A stretch of 48,575 nt of DNA from Anthoceros angustus. Lineage: Eukaryota > Plantae > Anthocerotophyta. Position 1 is the stretch's first letter; each line of letters starts with the position of its first letter. Shown here one piece after another: positions 23,781 to 37,872 of this stretch. The notes below the pieces were generated by a model. It was not told the origin of the DNA. It worked only from the letters and a program-made list of their open reading frames with translations, and made no database searches. The stretch is taken from NCBI GenBank assembly GCA_010909165.1, contig VJWM01000348.1:1-48575 (forward strand), written 5' to 3'. The translations under genes and the position numbers were made by a program.

Positions 23781-26742
23781 CTGTCTGCTTTCTCTCAAGC
23801 TACCGGTCTCAATATCACAAACCCCATGCATCCTTGCAGCGGATGTGCATCATTGCTTGCATTGTTTTCTCTAGGCTTCATCGTCTCAATCATCAAACAC
23901 CCACATGCATCCTTGCGAAGTATACGTGCATCAGCCTACATCGTTTTCTCGGGCCGCTCATGAGTCTCAACCATTACATACCTACAGATGCTTGCGGCAA
24001 GCAAGCAGTGCATCCACTTGATGAGGCGTTTTTTGGTCGCTCACTAGTCTCGGCCGTCTTAATTTCATACACATCCTTGCAACAAGCGGCGTCGTCCCAT
24101 CGATCGATCTCCATCATCACACCCACGGTATCATTGTCACCAATAGGCGCGTGCACCCTCGCATCTTTTCTCTCCAAGTCGCTCACCGCCGCATCACACA
24201 CTTCCTTGCAGTGACTACATCATTTTCTCATCAAGTTGCACCAATCTCAATCACTACACATCCTCATGCATTCGCGGTAAGCAAGCGGCGTGCGTTTATT
24301 GCCGACGCTTTCTCTCCGCGCCGCATCGCGGCCATCACAAGCCCACGTGCGGGTCGCCGCCACATCACGATCCAGGTTGTGAAAGGATTTGCGCGCCATC
24401 CCGGTCAAGTTTTAGATCGACAACCCGTCTGGATCCACCCATCCCGCCCATCCAGCCGTAGGCATCATGCTAATCACCACAGACACCAATTCCAGTGATC
24501 AGTGAACATCCACCGTGGTAGCAAAACCATCGGGTCGTCTCACCGCTTGCGGGCGCCACTTGTATGGCTCCAAGCCGGCAGTGCAAGACCATCAAACCAT
24601 ATGGTCATCATTCCCGGCAATCCATGAGCGATGGCGGCGGAGCGAAAAAGCAATCCTCCAACCCGTCCGATCAAAAGCGCGTCCAAAGAGGCCCGGTGAC
24701 ATCAATCGGCCCATGACCCCCACTTGCCCATAGTCGATCCTCGGTGAGGCGTCGACACACCTCTCCGTGAGACGGGTCACCAAGCAAATTCTTGGTAGTG
24801 CATGGTCATCCGTTCCGTTTTAGATCGACAACCCGTCTGGATCCACCCGCATATCCAGCACCCACCAGGCATGGCGACGTCGTGCTATGCACCGCACGAC
24901 ATCAATTTCCAGTGATTAACGACAAACGACCATCGTGGAAGCAAAACCAGTCGCTGCGGCACCACTTGCACGCGCCACTTTGTATGGCTCCAAGCACGGC
25001 AGCCGTGGAACCCTCAACCGAGATAATGATTCCTAGCAAGCAATCCATGAGCGATGGCGGAGGAGCAAAACCAGCGATCGTCCGTCCGATCAAAAGCGCG
25101 TCCAAAGAGGCCCTTGTCCTCGGGACTCCCAATATTCGATGCAATCTTATCAGATCAACGTACATCCAACCGTGGTAGCGATATGCAAAACTAGATCGAC
25201 ATCCCGATTCGCAAGCTTAAGCGAGCATCCGGTAGCACAATATCTATCGCATGCTATCTTGAAGCCATTCACATGCAATCTTGTGCTCGTGAGATCGTCC
25301 AAAGCGAGCCATACCACCTATTTTACATCATTCAACTGCGTCGTTGTCCTCCCACGCCACCGTCATTCCTTGCTACATGTATCAAACATCAATATCGGTC
25401 TCACAATGCGATCAAACCTACGCAAGATGCGATCGGATGCTTCACCTAAGCGGGACCTTGAGTCGATCCCAAAGGATGACGATTCCGTACATGCATCCAA
25501 TACGAGGCATCCGGACAAAAATTGCAGCGAACAACGACATTCATAGCCACGTCGACTGCGGAGCGAAGTATCTTGTGTTGATCAAACTATTTTGAATCCA
25601 AGACACAAACCCTAGCAATCATTGAGTCATCTATCCGGTGCTTCTAGATCATACCGAAAAACAACTTGAGGTTTAGAAGACTAGACCGGATGACCAAATC
25701 AAGGTCTAGCTTCTTGGATGCACAAAGATGGTGTTGGTCAACACCCTCCCCTTCCCTTCTTGACCACCAAAAGGGATCATCGGCTTCGGATCCTTGGTGA
25801 GACGGGATCCATTGCACATCCACTAATTCTAAGGTTGCATAGTGAAGTAGAAGAGGAGAAAAGGTTCAACCTTGGTAGCCATGGCTAGCTTGGGGAGGCA
25901 ACGCGACAAAGAGACCAAGGTACTAAGTAAGGTGATCACGCAAATAGAGGCGGGAGCAATAGAGAATGACAATCATCAAAGGTAGAGGCTAAGCATAGGA
26001 GAGGAAGGGAGGAACCCCAACCAAAGTTTGGAGGAAGGGATTTCATTGGGTAGCAAATTCTATCCAACCGCTCACAAGTTATATAATCCTATTGGGCAGC
26101 CATTCCTACCAATGATAACCCACAAGGAATCAACCCATCTTTAACAAACATGCACATAGGTCGATCCCTCATTTATAGCCTAGTAGTATATATTAAAAGT
26201 GAAACAAGGTCCGAGGTCATAAATGTACACATGGCCCATATGAGGTGTTAATTATAATATGCCCAAGTGGGTAAGGCACTATGTCCTTCTACCAATAAAA
26301 GGTGATAGCCATTGGAAAAAGGCAAGCATATTCATATTCTATTCACTCCATAGTTATCAAGAGTCTAATGGTGCATTTTTATGGGTTAGACACCTCTCTA
26401 AGGTCAAAAACAAAACATATGAAAGATACTTGTAAACATCACGCTTCCAAGTTTATTATCCAAAAAGACAAATAAAACCTGCATACATATTAGACTATCT
26501 TGAATTAAAATTTATCTCAAAAATCAAGGAAAACAACCATATTAGTAAGAAAATAATAAAGGGTAAATAATAAATAAAATCAATAAAAATTCCTTCACAA
26601 ATTAGTATTACGTAAACATTGAAGGAATAGATTTACTTAGTTCATCGATGGGATGTTTGGGATGGATAAACATCATTTAGAAGCACCAATCTATGGGCAC
26701 ACAAAGGGCAAATTCATGGATCTCATAGGAACATAACTCTTG

Positions 26743-27419
<677 letters not shown>

Positions 27420-27963
27420 TTGATAGAGGTTGGTGTTCAAAAAATACTTTTTAGTTTTTCTTAAAAACATGCTAGGTCACCTGTTGGGTTGGGGTTCTGC
27501 TCGATGTAAGGAATTGTTGAGGACACATAGTAAACAAGGTGAGGACATAGCCCCAGTCTGCTTGCTTAACAAGATGGTTGTGATTCAAGTCTCCCCGTTT
27601 CGTCGCCATGCGAACAAGTGGCGCCACCTGCTGGATTGGGGTTCCCTGCCCGATGTAGGGAAGTTGTCCCGCCTACTCAAATTGGCAGCTAAGTATCTCG
27701 AGAGGAGTCGGTGCGAATCCTCCTTCCAGGTTTTGGAGAATAAGTTGACAAATTTTGGAGACTCTGGAGAGTCAGAGAACACGCCCTACGCCACCGGATC
27801 ATCTTATGGAGGTGGAATGGGAGCACCATGGATGTGGTCTTGGCGAGTGGGGGATAAATGTTTCTATTCATATGAATCTACGTTCTCTCTATCGTTCCGC
27901 CCATCATAGCATATGATGGGCGGCTATTGAAACGACGACCCTACGTTAGATGGATCGTCTTAA

Positions 27964-28720
27964 TTGGCAAGTGGGGATGATGTCTTGATTTCAAAGAACC
28001 TCCGGTTTAGTCTTCACTATGATGGACAACTAGTGGTGATTCCACGACCTCATTTTGTAGTCTTGCTTGCTTTCGGGGATGTGGTGACATGGAATGCCCT
28101 TATGGAGTACAGCAAGGGCTCGGCTGCTGGAGAATGTAGTGGTGGGCACCTACAGGTGGACATGTATGCAAAATTTGGTGAGCTGGAAAATGCATCCAAG
28201 TTTTTGGCGGTTGAACGACCCATGAAAGAGGACGATCAATATGGTGAGCTGGAAGATGCAAAAGGGCAGAGCGCACTCACAAATTGTGGAAGGAACGCGA
28301 TTGCACTCATAGATGGTGGTGCATGTCTCTTGCCTAAGGGTGTTGTAGAGTCCGATCGTGGCCACCTCTGCTTCCTCCGCGTTCCTTGTACTCATGCTAT
28401 GTTTTTAGGAGAGCTTCATCTGCACATATGCTTCCAAATGTTTTCAGGCATCACCGATGCCGAGTGCATGCATCATGTGGCGACACCGTGCACATGTAAT
28501 CTATATGTGATGAAGCCGACCATGTTACTCTTTTGCCTCAAAGCAAAACTAACATAGCCGCCTTGGCCATGGATCATGACCATGTTCGATGACCATGAAC
28601 AGGTTGGCACTTCGTGGTGTATGCAAAATTTGGTGAGCTGGAAGGTGCATGCCGATTTTGACTGAACGGCCCATGAAAGAGGACTGGGCACCGGTGGACA
28701 TGTTTGATGTGGAAGGTGGT
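27964..28720 (+). pseudogene. Degenerate PLS-class pentatricopeptide repeat (PPR) gene fragments
   Basis: DVVTWNALM; VDMYAKFGELENA; YGELEDA; and a third 'tgtatgcaaaatttggtgagctggaa' at ~28617. These resemble the plant PLS-PPR 'DMYAKCG.LEDA' and 'DVV.WNA' motifs. Confidence 0.65.
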
Positions 28721-28846
28721 TCACGTGTTGGAGTCTGATTCTCTCTCGATTTTCTGCTTTTCAAGTGCAGACCAATTCTCGGTACGAGTACCACCGAGCA
28801 TAAGCATAATGAGCAATGCCACGGAACCTCGGCAAGATGTAGACAC

Positions 28847-29104
28847 CTAACGACTTGGCACTAACCATTCGCTTCCATGCCGCAATGCCCTCCTCCTCTC
28901 TCGATGTTGGACCAATGCCCCTAACGATGCCTCGGCCTCGAACTGCAAGGCTAGGTCAAGCCCTTTCCAAAGGACATTCTCGCCTTGCAAACGCGTGACG
29001 CAACTTTGTTGTCCACTTGCATTTTGCCACACTACATCTCTTTCACATTTCACATGGATGCAACAACATGGAAGCCCGTAGAACATCAACATCGGGCGCC
29101 CCAT
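28847..29104 (-). pseudogene. Possible inverted PPR fragment
   Basis: ERDVVWQNA...DLALQF resembles DVVSWNA...AL.LF; weak match. Confidence 0.3.
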
Positions 29105-29249
29105 AGCACAACCAAAAGAGCGAGGAGAAGAGGGCGATGGAAGAGATCGGTAGAATACCCAAGTCGCTTTAATGGCTCCGTACTCCTTAGTGTATTCATG
29201 GATGCTAGTTCATATGGCTTCTCGCATCAAGAAATCATGTTCGATTATA

Positions 29250-30146
29250 TAAATTTATTATAATATATAACCTCATAAATTACATAAATAAGGAAAAGGT
29301 CTCTTCCAAAATTTACAATGGATTTATGCATAAACATGCCACATCAGCAAATAATATATTTATTCATGGATATTGGCTGGCTTGTGCATTTTACAACCAT
29401 AGTTACGCATGTGCCACAAGAATATACAATAAAATGAATAATCCAATAATATAACATAAATTGGAGAAACCATTTTACAATGATATTTGCAATGAGCTTG
29501 CCATGTCAGCAAATAATAAATTTATTTATAGATATTTATATAAAATGGTTTTCATGCTTTTACAACCATAGCTACAATGCATGTGACACGTCAAGAATAC
29601 AAAAAAAAAAGATAATCCCATAACTAACATAAATCCAGAGAAACATATTTACAACATCATTTGCAACGAACTTGCCACATCAGCAAATAATAAATCTATT
29701 CATAGATATTCCAATAAATGGTATTATTCCAAAAATCAAGTCTTGCACAATTTACAACCACATCTACAACAAACATGGTTTACAACGTCTTTTACAAGTA
29801 CCGCCATAACATCCTTTATGCCACGCCATCATTATAAATTCAACAAAATGTAGTTTTATTAACAAATAACCCCCCTAGTTTTCTAAATCAAAAAGAGTTT
29901 ATGCACAATTAACAACGTCATGTACAACGAGCAAGCCATGTCAACAAACCCCGTTGTAAAATTCGTGTCAACATGCCATGTCAACAAACCCCTGTTGTAA
30001 AATCCATGCCACATCATATTAGTTAGGAACCCTTGTTGTAAATGTTCGAAAAACTTACAACAAGGCTTTGAGCTGTAGTAAGAGTGTTGTAGTTTCCTCT
30101 AACTAAACTTAGACCCATTTGTAAAAGGTAGCCCCTCCTTGTAGTG
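29250..30146. mobile_element. Right terminus and subterminal repeats of a CACTA (En/Spm) DNA transposon
   Basis: Ends ...ccttGTAGTG (reverse complement CACTACAAGG). AT-rich subterminal region with ~165 bp repeats (gcca(c/t)(a/g)tcagcaaataat at ~29338, 29500, 29674) and many ttacaac/gttgtaa motifs. Similarity to the Gypsy repeat begins right after TAGTG. The left TIR is not in the window. Confidence 0.7.
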
Positions 30147-31951
30147 TTTGGATGCCCAACACATCAAGCGTGGAAGGTCAGAGAGGATGACTCGGAGGAG
30201 GAAGAGGAAGGCATGGAGCAAGATCCGCTCACGGGAGACCTTCTCTGCAAAGGAGAGTGGAGGCGGTAGGGCCATAAGAAGTGACCCTCGGAGGGAGGTG
30301 TAGAGGGTGGCACATCAGGGATCACCGGTGGCCATCTAGAGGTAATTGAAGGGGTTGGTGGTAGCTTGGAGTGTGGGCTCATTGCTTGGGGAGACTTTTC
30401 TTTAGAGGAGGACAGATAATGCTTGTCAACCCAAGAGGGTGTGTTGACTAGCTAGATAGGAATGTTGAGAGCCATTAAGGCTCACATAGGTGAAGTTTGC
30501 TAGAATAGAATTTTACCCAAGATGCTTGGATGTCGAACTTAAAGTCGACAATAGGATACACTAGAATAAGGAGTGAGGCAGGAGGGCGTTGGGGGGAGGC
30601 GTGAGGACCTCCCTATAAAAGGAGGGAGCTTGTGAAGTAAAATTATTGCGTCTTGCTCCCAAACCGCGAGTCCTTTGCTCCTTGTGAAGGAATTTCGCCG
30701 ACCGCAAGTTAACGCAGTGTTTGATAGAGAGGAGTTTGCGGTGGTCGGAGTGCTTGGCGGATTTGCCTCGGGCGCCTCGCAGTTGCTCCTTGTGAATGGT
30801 CACGTGAAATTGCTTTGCTTTGGGTGTGTGGCGATGCCCAAGGAACTCTCGGCTTGAGGGTAGACTACAGGAAAGACTCCTGGAGGTTCTCGTGTGGTGC
30901 AAACTCATAGCAACACCCAAGGAAGAACTTGGCTTGGTTGGCGGACCTGTGCAACAGGGCGGCGAGCTAGCTGCTGAGAGCTTGAAGTAAGGTTAGATTA
31001 GGAGGATGAGGAGTTGAGTTGAGGTGAGTGTTGAGGAGAATGTGGAGCCGAATGTTGAGTAGAGGAGTAGGTAGAGATTAGGAGTAAGAAGAGGCCCAAG
31101 TCGAGCCTAAGGGAGGGTCCCAAATCGCACCAAACCGAGACCGGAAGGCTGGGCTAAGGTCTCAAAATCACGGGGTGGAGGTGCGCTGCTGTCAGGGGGT
31201 CCCTACGCGTGAGGTGGACCTACTGAGGGTGACCTATGACAGAGGGGATGTCGTTGTAGGTCCGGGAGCGGAGATACAAAGCAAGGAGGTGTCGTGGCTG
31301 CCGGAGTTTTGTGGGCACCGTTGTTGTTGGAGCGCACCGGAAGTTGGAGAGGCCTTGAACTAGGCGGTAACTAGCTGGCAGTGCAACCCTATGGTAGGAT
31401 GCGCCTGCGTGCGTTGGGATAGGGTGTCTCTCCCACGTAGGAATGAGGTGTCTGGCCACGGTAATCGGATCTCCTACAACTCTCCTACAAGTGGTAGGAG
31501 GGGTAGGCCCTGTTTGTTGTTGGTTGTAGGTCCGAGGCGATTCGACGGAGCAAAGGCGGAGCGCGCGTCAGAGTTGGTGGTTGACGATGTGCCAATTGTG
31601 GGAAGGCGATGGGAAAGGAATAGTGGAAGATCACGGGGTGGTGAAGTCGCTGCAACGAGGGGTCCCTACGCAGTGTAGCCCTCACCCCACCGCCATGGGG
31701 TGTGGACCTACCGAGGGTGTCGCAGGTAGAGGCGGTGAATTTATGAAGCGAAGGCGGTGTAGCTGCTATAGAGGAGCGTGAGAGGGCGCCTTGCTTGTTT
31801 AGAAGGCCGAGGTAGTGTGTAGTCAGCAGTAGACGATTTCTCAAGATCCGACTGCTCACAAGTCTCATGGGACGAAACCCAAGCATTTAAACGACAAAGG
31901 GGATAAGTGTGGCCACTAGAGGGTGAATCTCGGAAGCCCGGATCTCCCACA
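30147..31951 (+). repeat. 5' LTR of Gypsy element (left end cut by CACTA insertion)
   Basis: Colinear with 45925-47783; TATAAAA at ~30614; ends CA before ttt and the PBS. Confidence 0.8.
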
Positions 31952-31954
31952 TTT

Positions 31955-31967
31955 TGGCGCCGGGGGA
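31955..31967 (+). promoter_or_regulatory. Primer-binding site, probably tRNA-Asp type (Athila-like TGGCGCCGTTGCCGGGGA, apparently with bases lost)
   Basis: TGGCGCCGGGGGA, 3 nt after the LTR-terminal CA. Confidence 0.65.
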
Positions 31968-32199
31968 CTTCATGAACGGTTGAAATTTTGAGATTTTCGT
32001 TAGCTTGCAGAGTGAGCGAGAAGATCTTGTAAGGAGGTGGGGGTCTAGGAAGAAGCCTACGTCCTGGAACCCGTGCGTTGTGAAGGAGGAGCTCCACGCC
32101 TCCCCGAATGGTGTGATTTGTGTGTTCCCGCAAAAAAATGGCGTCGAGTTGGCTGATTTTTCTTTGACCATCCGTGTTGGAGGCTATGAGGACGCTTGC

Positions 32200-35100
32200 A
32201 TGTCTAGCGAGGGAGGGGAGAGGAGAAAGCCGAGGAGGTCACCCCACCGCCATCGCAAGAGATCTAAGAGCCGCAAGAAGAAATCAATTGAGGGAGGAAA
32301 ACGCTGCGGTGCTTGCACGGCGTCTTCAGGAGGAGGAGGAGACAAGGGCGCTCGAGGAGGAGGTTTTTGCCCTTGCCTGCAAGGGGAGGCAAGAAATCCG
32401 GAAGAAAACTCCTCGAGAAGCGGATGTGGAAATCACTAAAGAAATAAAGGAGGTGGTTGAAGAGGAGTTGGTGTATGAAGAGGAAAGCGAGGAGGAGGCA
32501 CCATTTCTTGAGTGCGATTCAAATTCAGCTACCAGCACCGGGCCTTCTCAACGCTGGACCGAGTGGTGGATCTAGCTCAACTTCCAGCAAACAGTAAAGT
32601 GAAGAAGGGTGAGCTGGGGAATTTCTGGTCTAAGATCTCGGAGCACCTTGATAGAATCACCGCTCACCACAGCCTTGGGACGCACCTAGGGAGACACCAT
32701 CCCACAACCGTCCCCAATCTTTTGTGCAGACACCCTTCTGCAGAGAACTTTGGTTGGAGAATTTTACCGCAGGAGAGGAAGGGAGTGTGAGTTCGCCTAG
32801 CTCATCTGGACCAAGCAACATGAGTGGAACAGGAGTAGGAGGGATTTGCTGTTTGGATAGTTGTGTTGAGGGGTGTGAGCGTGCTTGAAGTCTAGTTGGG
32901 GAGGAGGAAGTAATTTTCGTAGGAGTTGAGAGGAGATCACCCCCTTTTGTCTGCAAGGGATTTGTGAACTGAATGGAGAAATCATGTGCGTGAAGAAAGC
33001 TTAGTTTTGCTGATGTGCAAAGGAAGAAGCGGAGGAGGAGAACTCTTGCGAGGAAGCTACATGTGCTAACATTTTCAAGGGTTCCGTTGAGGAAGAAGAG
33101 GTAGTTTAAGAGGAGGAGGAGGTTGTGCTCACGGACAACAAGAGGAAGGAGGTTGTTGCCGAGGAGTTGCCGATCAAGGGTGAGGGTCAAGAATCCGAGC
33201 CGTTAGTAATTTCACATCTTCCGCCTCGCAAGAGGAGGACTTTTTGGATTGTTGAGCTCTTCTAGCTCGATTTTGTCGTCATAGAGGAGGAAGGCAAGAG
33301 GGTGAGATTTGGCAAAGGAGAAGTTATGAAATCTAATGAGCTTTCAAGGTCTTGATCGAATTATTGCCCATCTTGCTGCCCTTTCAACCTTGCTTGTTAG
33401 GAGGACCGAGGCGACCAAGTCTGTATAGTACATCCCGCTTGCAGCAGATTTGTTTACCGCCAATATTGTGGAATTGCTGGGAGGTGTGTTTGTGGACGCC
33501 CTTGACCATGATAGGAGGAAATAGAGGTGGTGGGAGTCAACACAGCAGATGTGAGATTTGGGGAGAAGAAACGAGATCACATGTTGGTCCTTGAGAACTC
33601 AAGGAAGAGGAAGGGGAGTCTTTGTATGATTATGTAGAGGGATTTATGGTTACTTCAAGAGAGTACCACCACGTCCGCCAAGGAGTGACCTTTTCCGATA
33701 AAAGTTCGAGAAGTTCGGAGGAATGTATGATGCTATAAGACGAGAGCTAGAGTCCGTAAGGTAGCAAGGATTTCTAAGTACCTAGGTGTAGAGGAGATGG
33801 TAGAAGAAGGGGGAGCAACATGTGAATGAAGGTCTTATTTTCGATCGAAAACTGGAAACGGCTTGAGGCTGATGACCGATTTCGACGAGGAGTTGGTTGC
33901 CAGCCCGGTCAAGGGAGGACGTGAGCATGTTGTAGACAGCCTAAGATTGATCAGCAAGACTTGTTGCCAGCAGAGGCCAAATGAGCAAGAAGGGAGAAGA
34001 AGTGTTGCAGCAGGACAACTGAAACTGAGAGAGGATAAGAGGGCGCCAGCATGGGCGAGGAGGAGGCTGAAATGCTCCTCAAGGGTGAGCAGTCGAGGGC
34101 TGCAAGTGGAGGCCATCACGATGGCAAAGAAGAAGCAAAACGACATCGGAGCACGCGAACAGGAAGGCGCCCACTTGGCGAGGTCGGGGCGCCATGAGGA
34201 GGAGGAGGAGAAGGCCCTAGGGAGGTGAGGGCGAAGGAGGAGATGCGCTTCATGAAAGTTTGAGCGTAAACCGCAGAAGGGAGAGTTGGCGATCCGTGGG
34301 CAATCACTCAAAATTCGACCATGGAGGTGCAGCAAGGCGAGGAGGTCGCCATGGAGAGCGAATCTGACCTGGACATGAGGCTAGGCCAACAAGAAGGAGG
34401 AATCGGAACTTGGTTGGAAGGGGAGTCAACCGACGCAAGCCGAAAACTTGCAGATTGGCAAAGCAGGAGGAAAACGGTTTTGTGAATGAGGTTGAGCATG
34501 CCGTGGCAACGTCTGGGTCTGCTGGTAAGCGAGCTAGAGGCCACGATGGCAAGGATGATGGAGAAATTGCAAGAAATCGCAATTTGGAGGAAGGAGAAGT
34601 GGCACACAAAATGGTGTGGCCGAGGAGTCAGGTGCGCTAGAGCCCAGGAGCGAGGATGGCTCTATGGTGATGTGTATGAAGGAGGATTGTGGAGAAATCA
34701 CACCTCAAGATATGCTTGCGGAATTGCAAGAAGGAGCGCCGACCAATTCACGGTCGACACGGAAATTGCTGTGTGAAACCGCAGAACGTAAGGAGATTGC
34801 TGCTAGAGCGTGATCTAGGGCTAGACATGAGTCTAGAAGGTCGGGAGATGGTGTACCATGATGCATGTGTCCACGACAGCACTGATGCGCAGATCGACGC
34901 AGGTGGAGAAGCTAGTTTTGTGAGCCGAGTTGAAGGCGGTTGTGGCCACAAAGCACCAACATCCACCGTGAACAAGCTAGATGGAAACAAGCAAGGCGTG
35001 GCTGGCCTAGAGGTCAAGAGCAAGTCGATGGGAAAGCCAAGGATCCGTGAAGGGAGTTTTGTGAGATGCCGCAACCTAATGAATTGGGGATTCGAGCGAG

Positions 35101-36300
35101 GAGAAAGGGTGAGCATCAAGAGGGCTGCAAGTGGAGGCCAGTTGGCAAAGGGAGAAGAGAAAACGGAGAAATCGGAGGGACTCCCACACATGGCGTGTGT
35201 GGGAAGCGTATGATGGAGCCTCGAGTAGGGACGGCTCGAGGATGGTGTGCATGGAAAGGAGCGTGAAGAAACCGCGATCCAAGGGGAGCTTGCAGAAAAC
35301 CGCAGGAAAGGAATTGGCGAATTCATGGGCGCTAAGGAAGCCACTTTTGTGGAGGTACGCATGTCGAGAGTATTGTCGAGGAGCGCGAGCTAGCTCGGGC
35401 CAGAGCCTAAGGTTATCATGGCGACCACCGCAAGAAGAGCAAGTTGACGACCGGCGTGGATACCGCAGCCGCAAGGAGCAAGCGCCCACGGTCATAATGT
35501 ACATGCCGCGCTACCCGTGTCCGCCGGTGCGGGTAGCAGGAAGTGGCAAAAGTGCATGGGAAGAGGAGGTTAGAACGTGAAGGACTCCCATGTCCACGTT
35601 ATTGAATGGTGAGGTATGAAATTTCTTGGAGCACGGAATCATGCTCGGATAGTTTGTCTAGGGAAGGGCGTTGTCTTTCTCCTAGAGCAGTGCCTTATTG
35701 TCTAAGAGATGGGGTCTTATACAAGCTTGGTTTGGATGAGAAGATCCGACGTTGTTTGAAGGAAGGAAGCTTCTTCAAAGAAGCTTTGCATGCGTAAGAG
35801 GTTGGAGGCCATTATTCAGTGTAAATCATGGTGAAGAAGATCTTAGATGTGCATTGTGGGCTTACAGAAGGAGAAAGTGACTACCAAGAAGACTCCATTA
35901 TTAAACGAATGATGCCCATTGAATTTGAGGTACCTACCTATAGAATCATGGGGATGAGCGATAACGCAGAGGAGAGTCGAAGTTAGACTAGAGTCTTTCA
36001 TAGAGCATGAGGAACGAGGGAAGAGGCTTTAGAAGAAACCCAAATAATCTGTGGAGCTTAGAAAGGATAGGCATGATGGGAATTGAGGAAGGAAGCTATC
36101 ATGGCCGGGATTTGGTTCTTCTATATGATGTCGCTACATGGATTTCCCAGGAAGCTTAGGTTGAGATGGATGGGACCGAGGTGGTGGCAGTATGAGAATG
36201 GATCCGCAAACACACGCAGCCGGATGGGGATTTGCCGCCAACTAGAGTGAATGGGTGGAAGGCAAGTACCTTCACCGAGAGAGCCTGCGAGGACGCAAAC
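32200..36300 (+). pseudogene. Gypsy gag-pol remnants; RT and integrase core apparently missing
   Basis: gag-like EEEGESLYDYVEGF (~33605-33650); protease-like AQIDAGGEASFVS (~34885-34925); integrase Zn-binding GVLYKLGLDEKIRRCL..ALHA..GGH (~35710-35815); C-terminal LY....FP.KLRLRWMGP and RVNGW (~36120-36260). No YxDD motif found. Confidence 0.7.
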
Positions 36301-37659
36301 AGTGAGGAGGGGAGTATGTGGAACGAAAAGTTTGGGCAACTGGTTTAAGTGAGTTGTTTTTGAACAGTCCGAATTCTTTTGATAGAAATGGTTTGGTGGA
36401 AACATGAAATGTTTTTGTTCGATTGAAGCCGGAGTCAGGGATGTCCGGAAGGCAGAGAGGATACTTAGGGAAAAGAAACGGATCAAAATGACCTTCTAGT
36501 GAGGAGGGTAGGAGACATATGTGAACAGAGGAGATGTCCCACTGGTGGTAGGAGGTATCCTACCACCGAGAACTCCTACCACGGTAGGCTAAGTGGAGAG
36601 AACTCCTACCCCCATAGGTATGGGTAGAATGTCCCACCACCGTAGGTAAGCGGCCCAGCTAGCGTTTTGATGACCCACCAGGAGTAGCTCCTACCACGAG
36701 GGAAAAGGGTGAAGGCAATTAAGCCAAGGAAGTAGCTTGAGGTTGCCGCAAGTAGCCGTTGATAGGCTTGCAGGCAAAGGCCTGATTATTGGGGACCACC
36801 ACCAAGTTTGAGGAAGGCAAAGTAATTTGCCACATGTGTGGAAGAAGTGAGACATGGGCGTGCTCACGTTGTTGAGATTTTGCGAAGGAGGACTGCTAGG
36901 TAGAGATGTGTGGCAAGGGTTGCTGCAGGAAGATGGGCCAAGTGCCCGTAATGGTGGAATCAGTGATCCGTGGCTCTAGGTTGGGAGCTCAAGATGCGAG
37001 AGAGGAGCAGCAATTGGTGCAAGGATGGGAGCGAGGAGCTCATGTTGAGGTGTGAGCCACAAGGGTTGCAAGAGGAGGCCATGGCGCCGAGGCACAGTGC
37101 TCAATGGAGTCACGAGGATGGCATGGATGGCCGTGTTGAACTAGGAAAGGCCGTGGTAGAGCACTCACCAGCTGAATTTGTAGGGCTGCAAGATGGAGGT
37201 GTGGCCAAACCATAGGAAGGCGCGGTTGCGGTGGGCCGCAACATGGTGAAGGGATCACAACGGGTGTCATCATGATGGCGGAACGGGCGGGGCTGCAAGT
37301 CAAAGTGAAGGGAGGCCGTTGTGGTGGCCGCGAGGAGAAATGGGTAGCAAGGAGGGTTGATACGAGATGTTGTTGAGGCGTGAGGAGTTCACCGGGAATA
37401 ACCGCTTATTCAAGGAGTGTTGTGCAAGCCAATTTGTGTGTTGTTGGACAATGTAAGAACTCCAGAGCACCCTGGGTGGATCAAGAGATGGGGTGCCTTT
37501 TGTGAGGTGAGGTGTTTCAACTTATATTTGCGTGTGGTCATGGGAACTAATTGGGAGAGTGTAGATGGCACCCACGCTGGAGGAGGTGAGGTGCACCACG
37601 CGAGGTGTGTGGAGGGAGGTGCACCACGCGGAGGTGTAGGAGGTGCACAGCGAGTGGGT

Positions 37660-37872
37660 GGCATGTATGTAGTAGTATGTATGTAGTAGTATGTAGTGTA
37701 TGTAGTATGTAGTAGAGTATGTATGTATGTAGGGCATGAGCGTGTAGTAGACAAGGAGCATGTATGTATGTATGTATGTAGTGTAGTATGTAGTAGTGTA
37801 GTATGTATGTATGTATGTATGTATGTATGTATGTATGTATGTATTCATGTATGTATGTATTCATCATGTATG
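37660..37872. repeat. (TATG)n/(GTA)n compound microsatellite inside the Gypsy 3' region
   Basis: Directly visible runs of gtatgtat and gtagta. Confidence 0.9.

Larger units (their letters stand above)
19833..26742 (-). mobile_element. Penelope-like retroelement, tandem copy C (~630 bp of ORF1 replaced by ~100 bp at 22166-22264)
   Basis: Colinear with copy B. Starts with the same 'gata|ccctccactct' junction and ends at 'cataactcttg|gatagat' into the long GATA tract. Confidence 0.88.

Noticed and set aside
29250-30070. CRISPR-like array
   Set aside because: Degenerate repeats without unique spacers, eukaryotic context and no cas genes; fits CACTA subterminal repeats.
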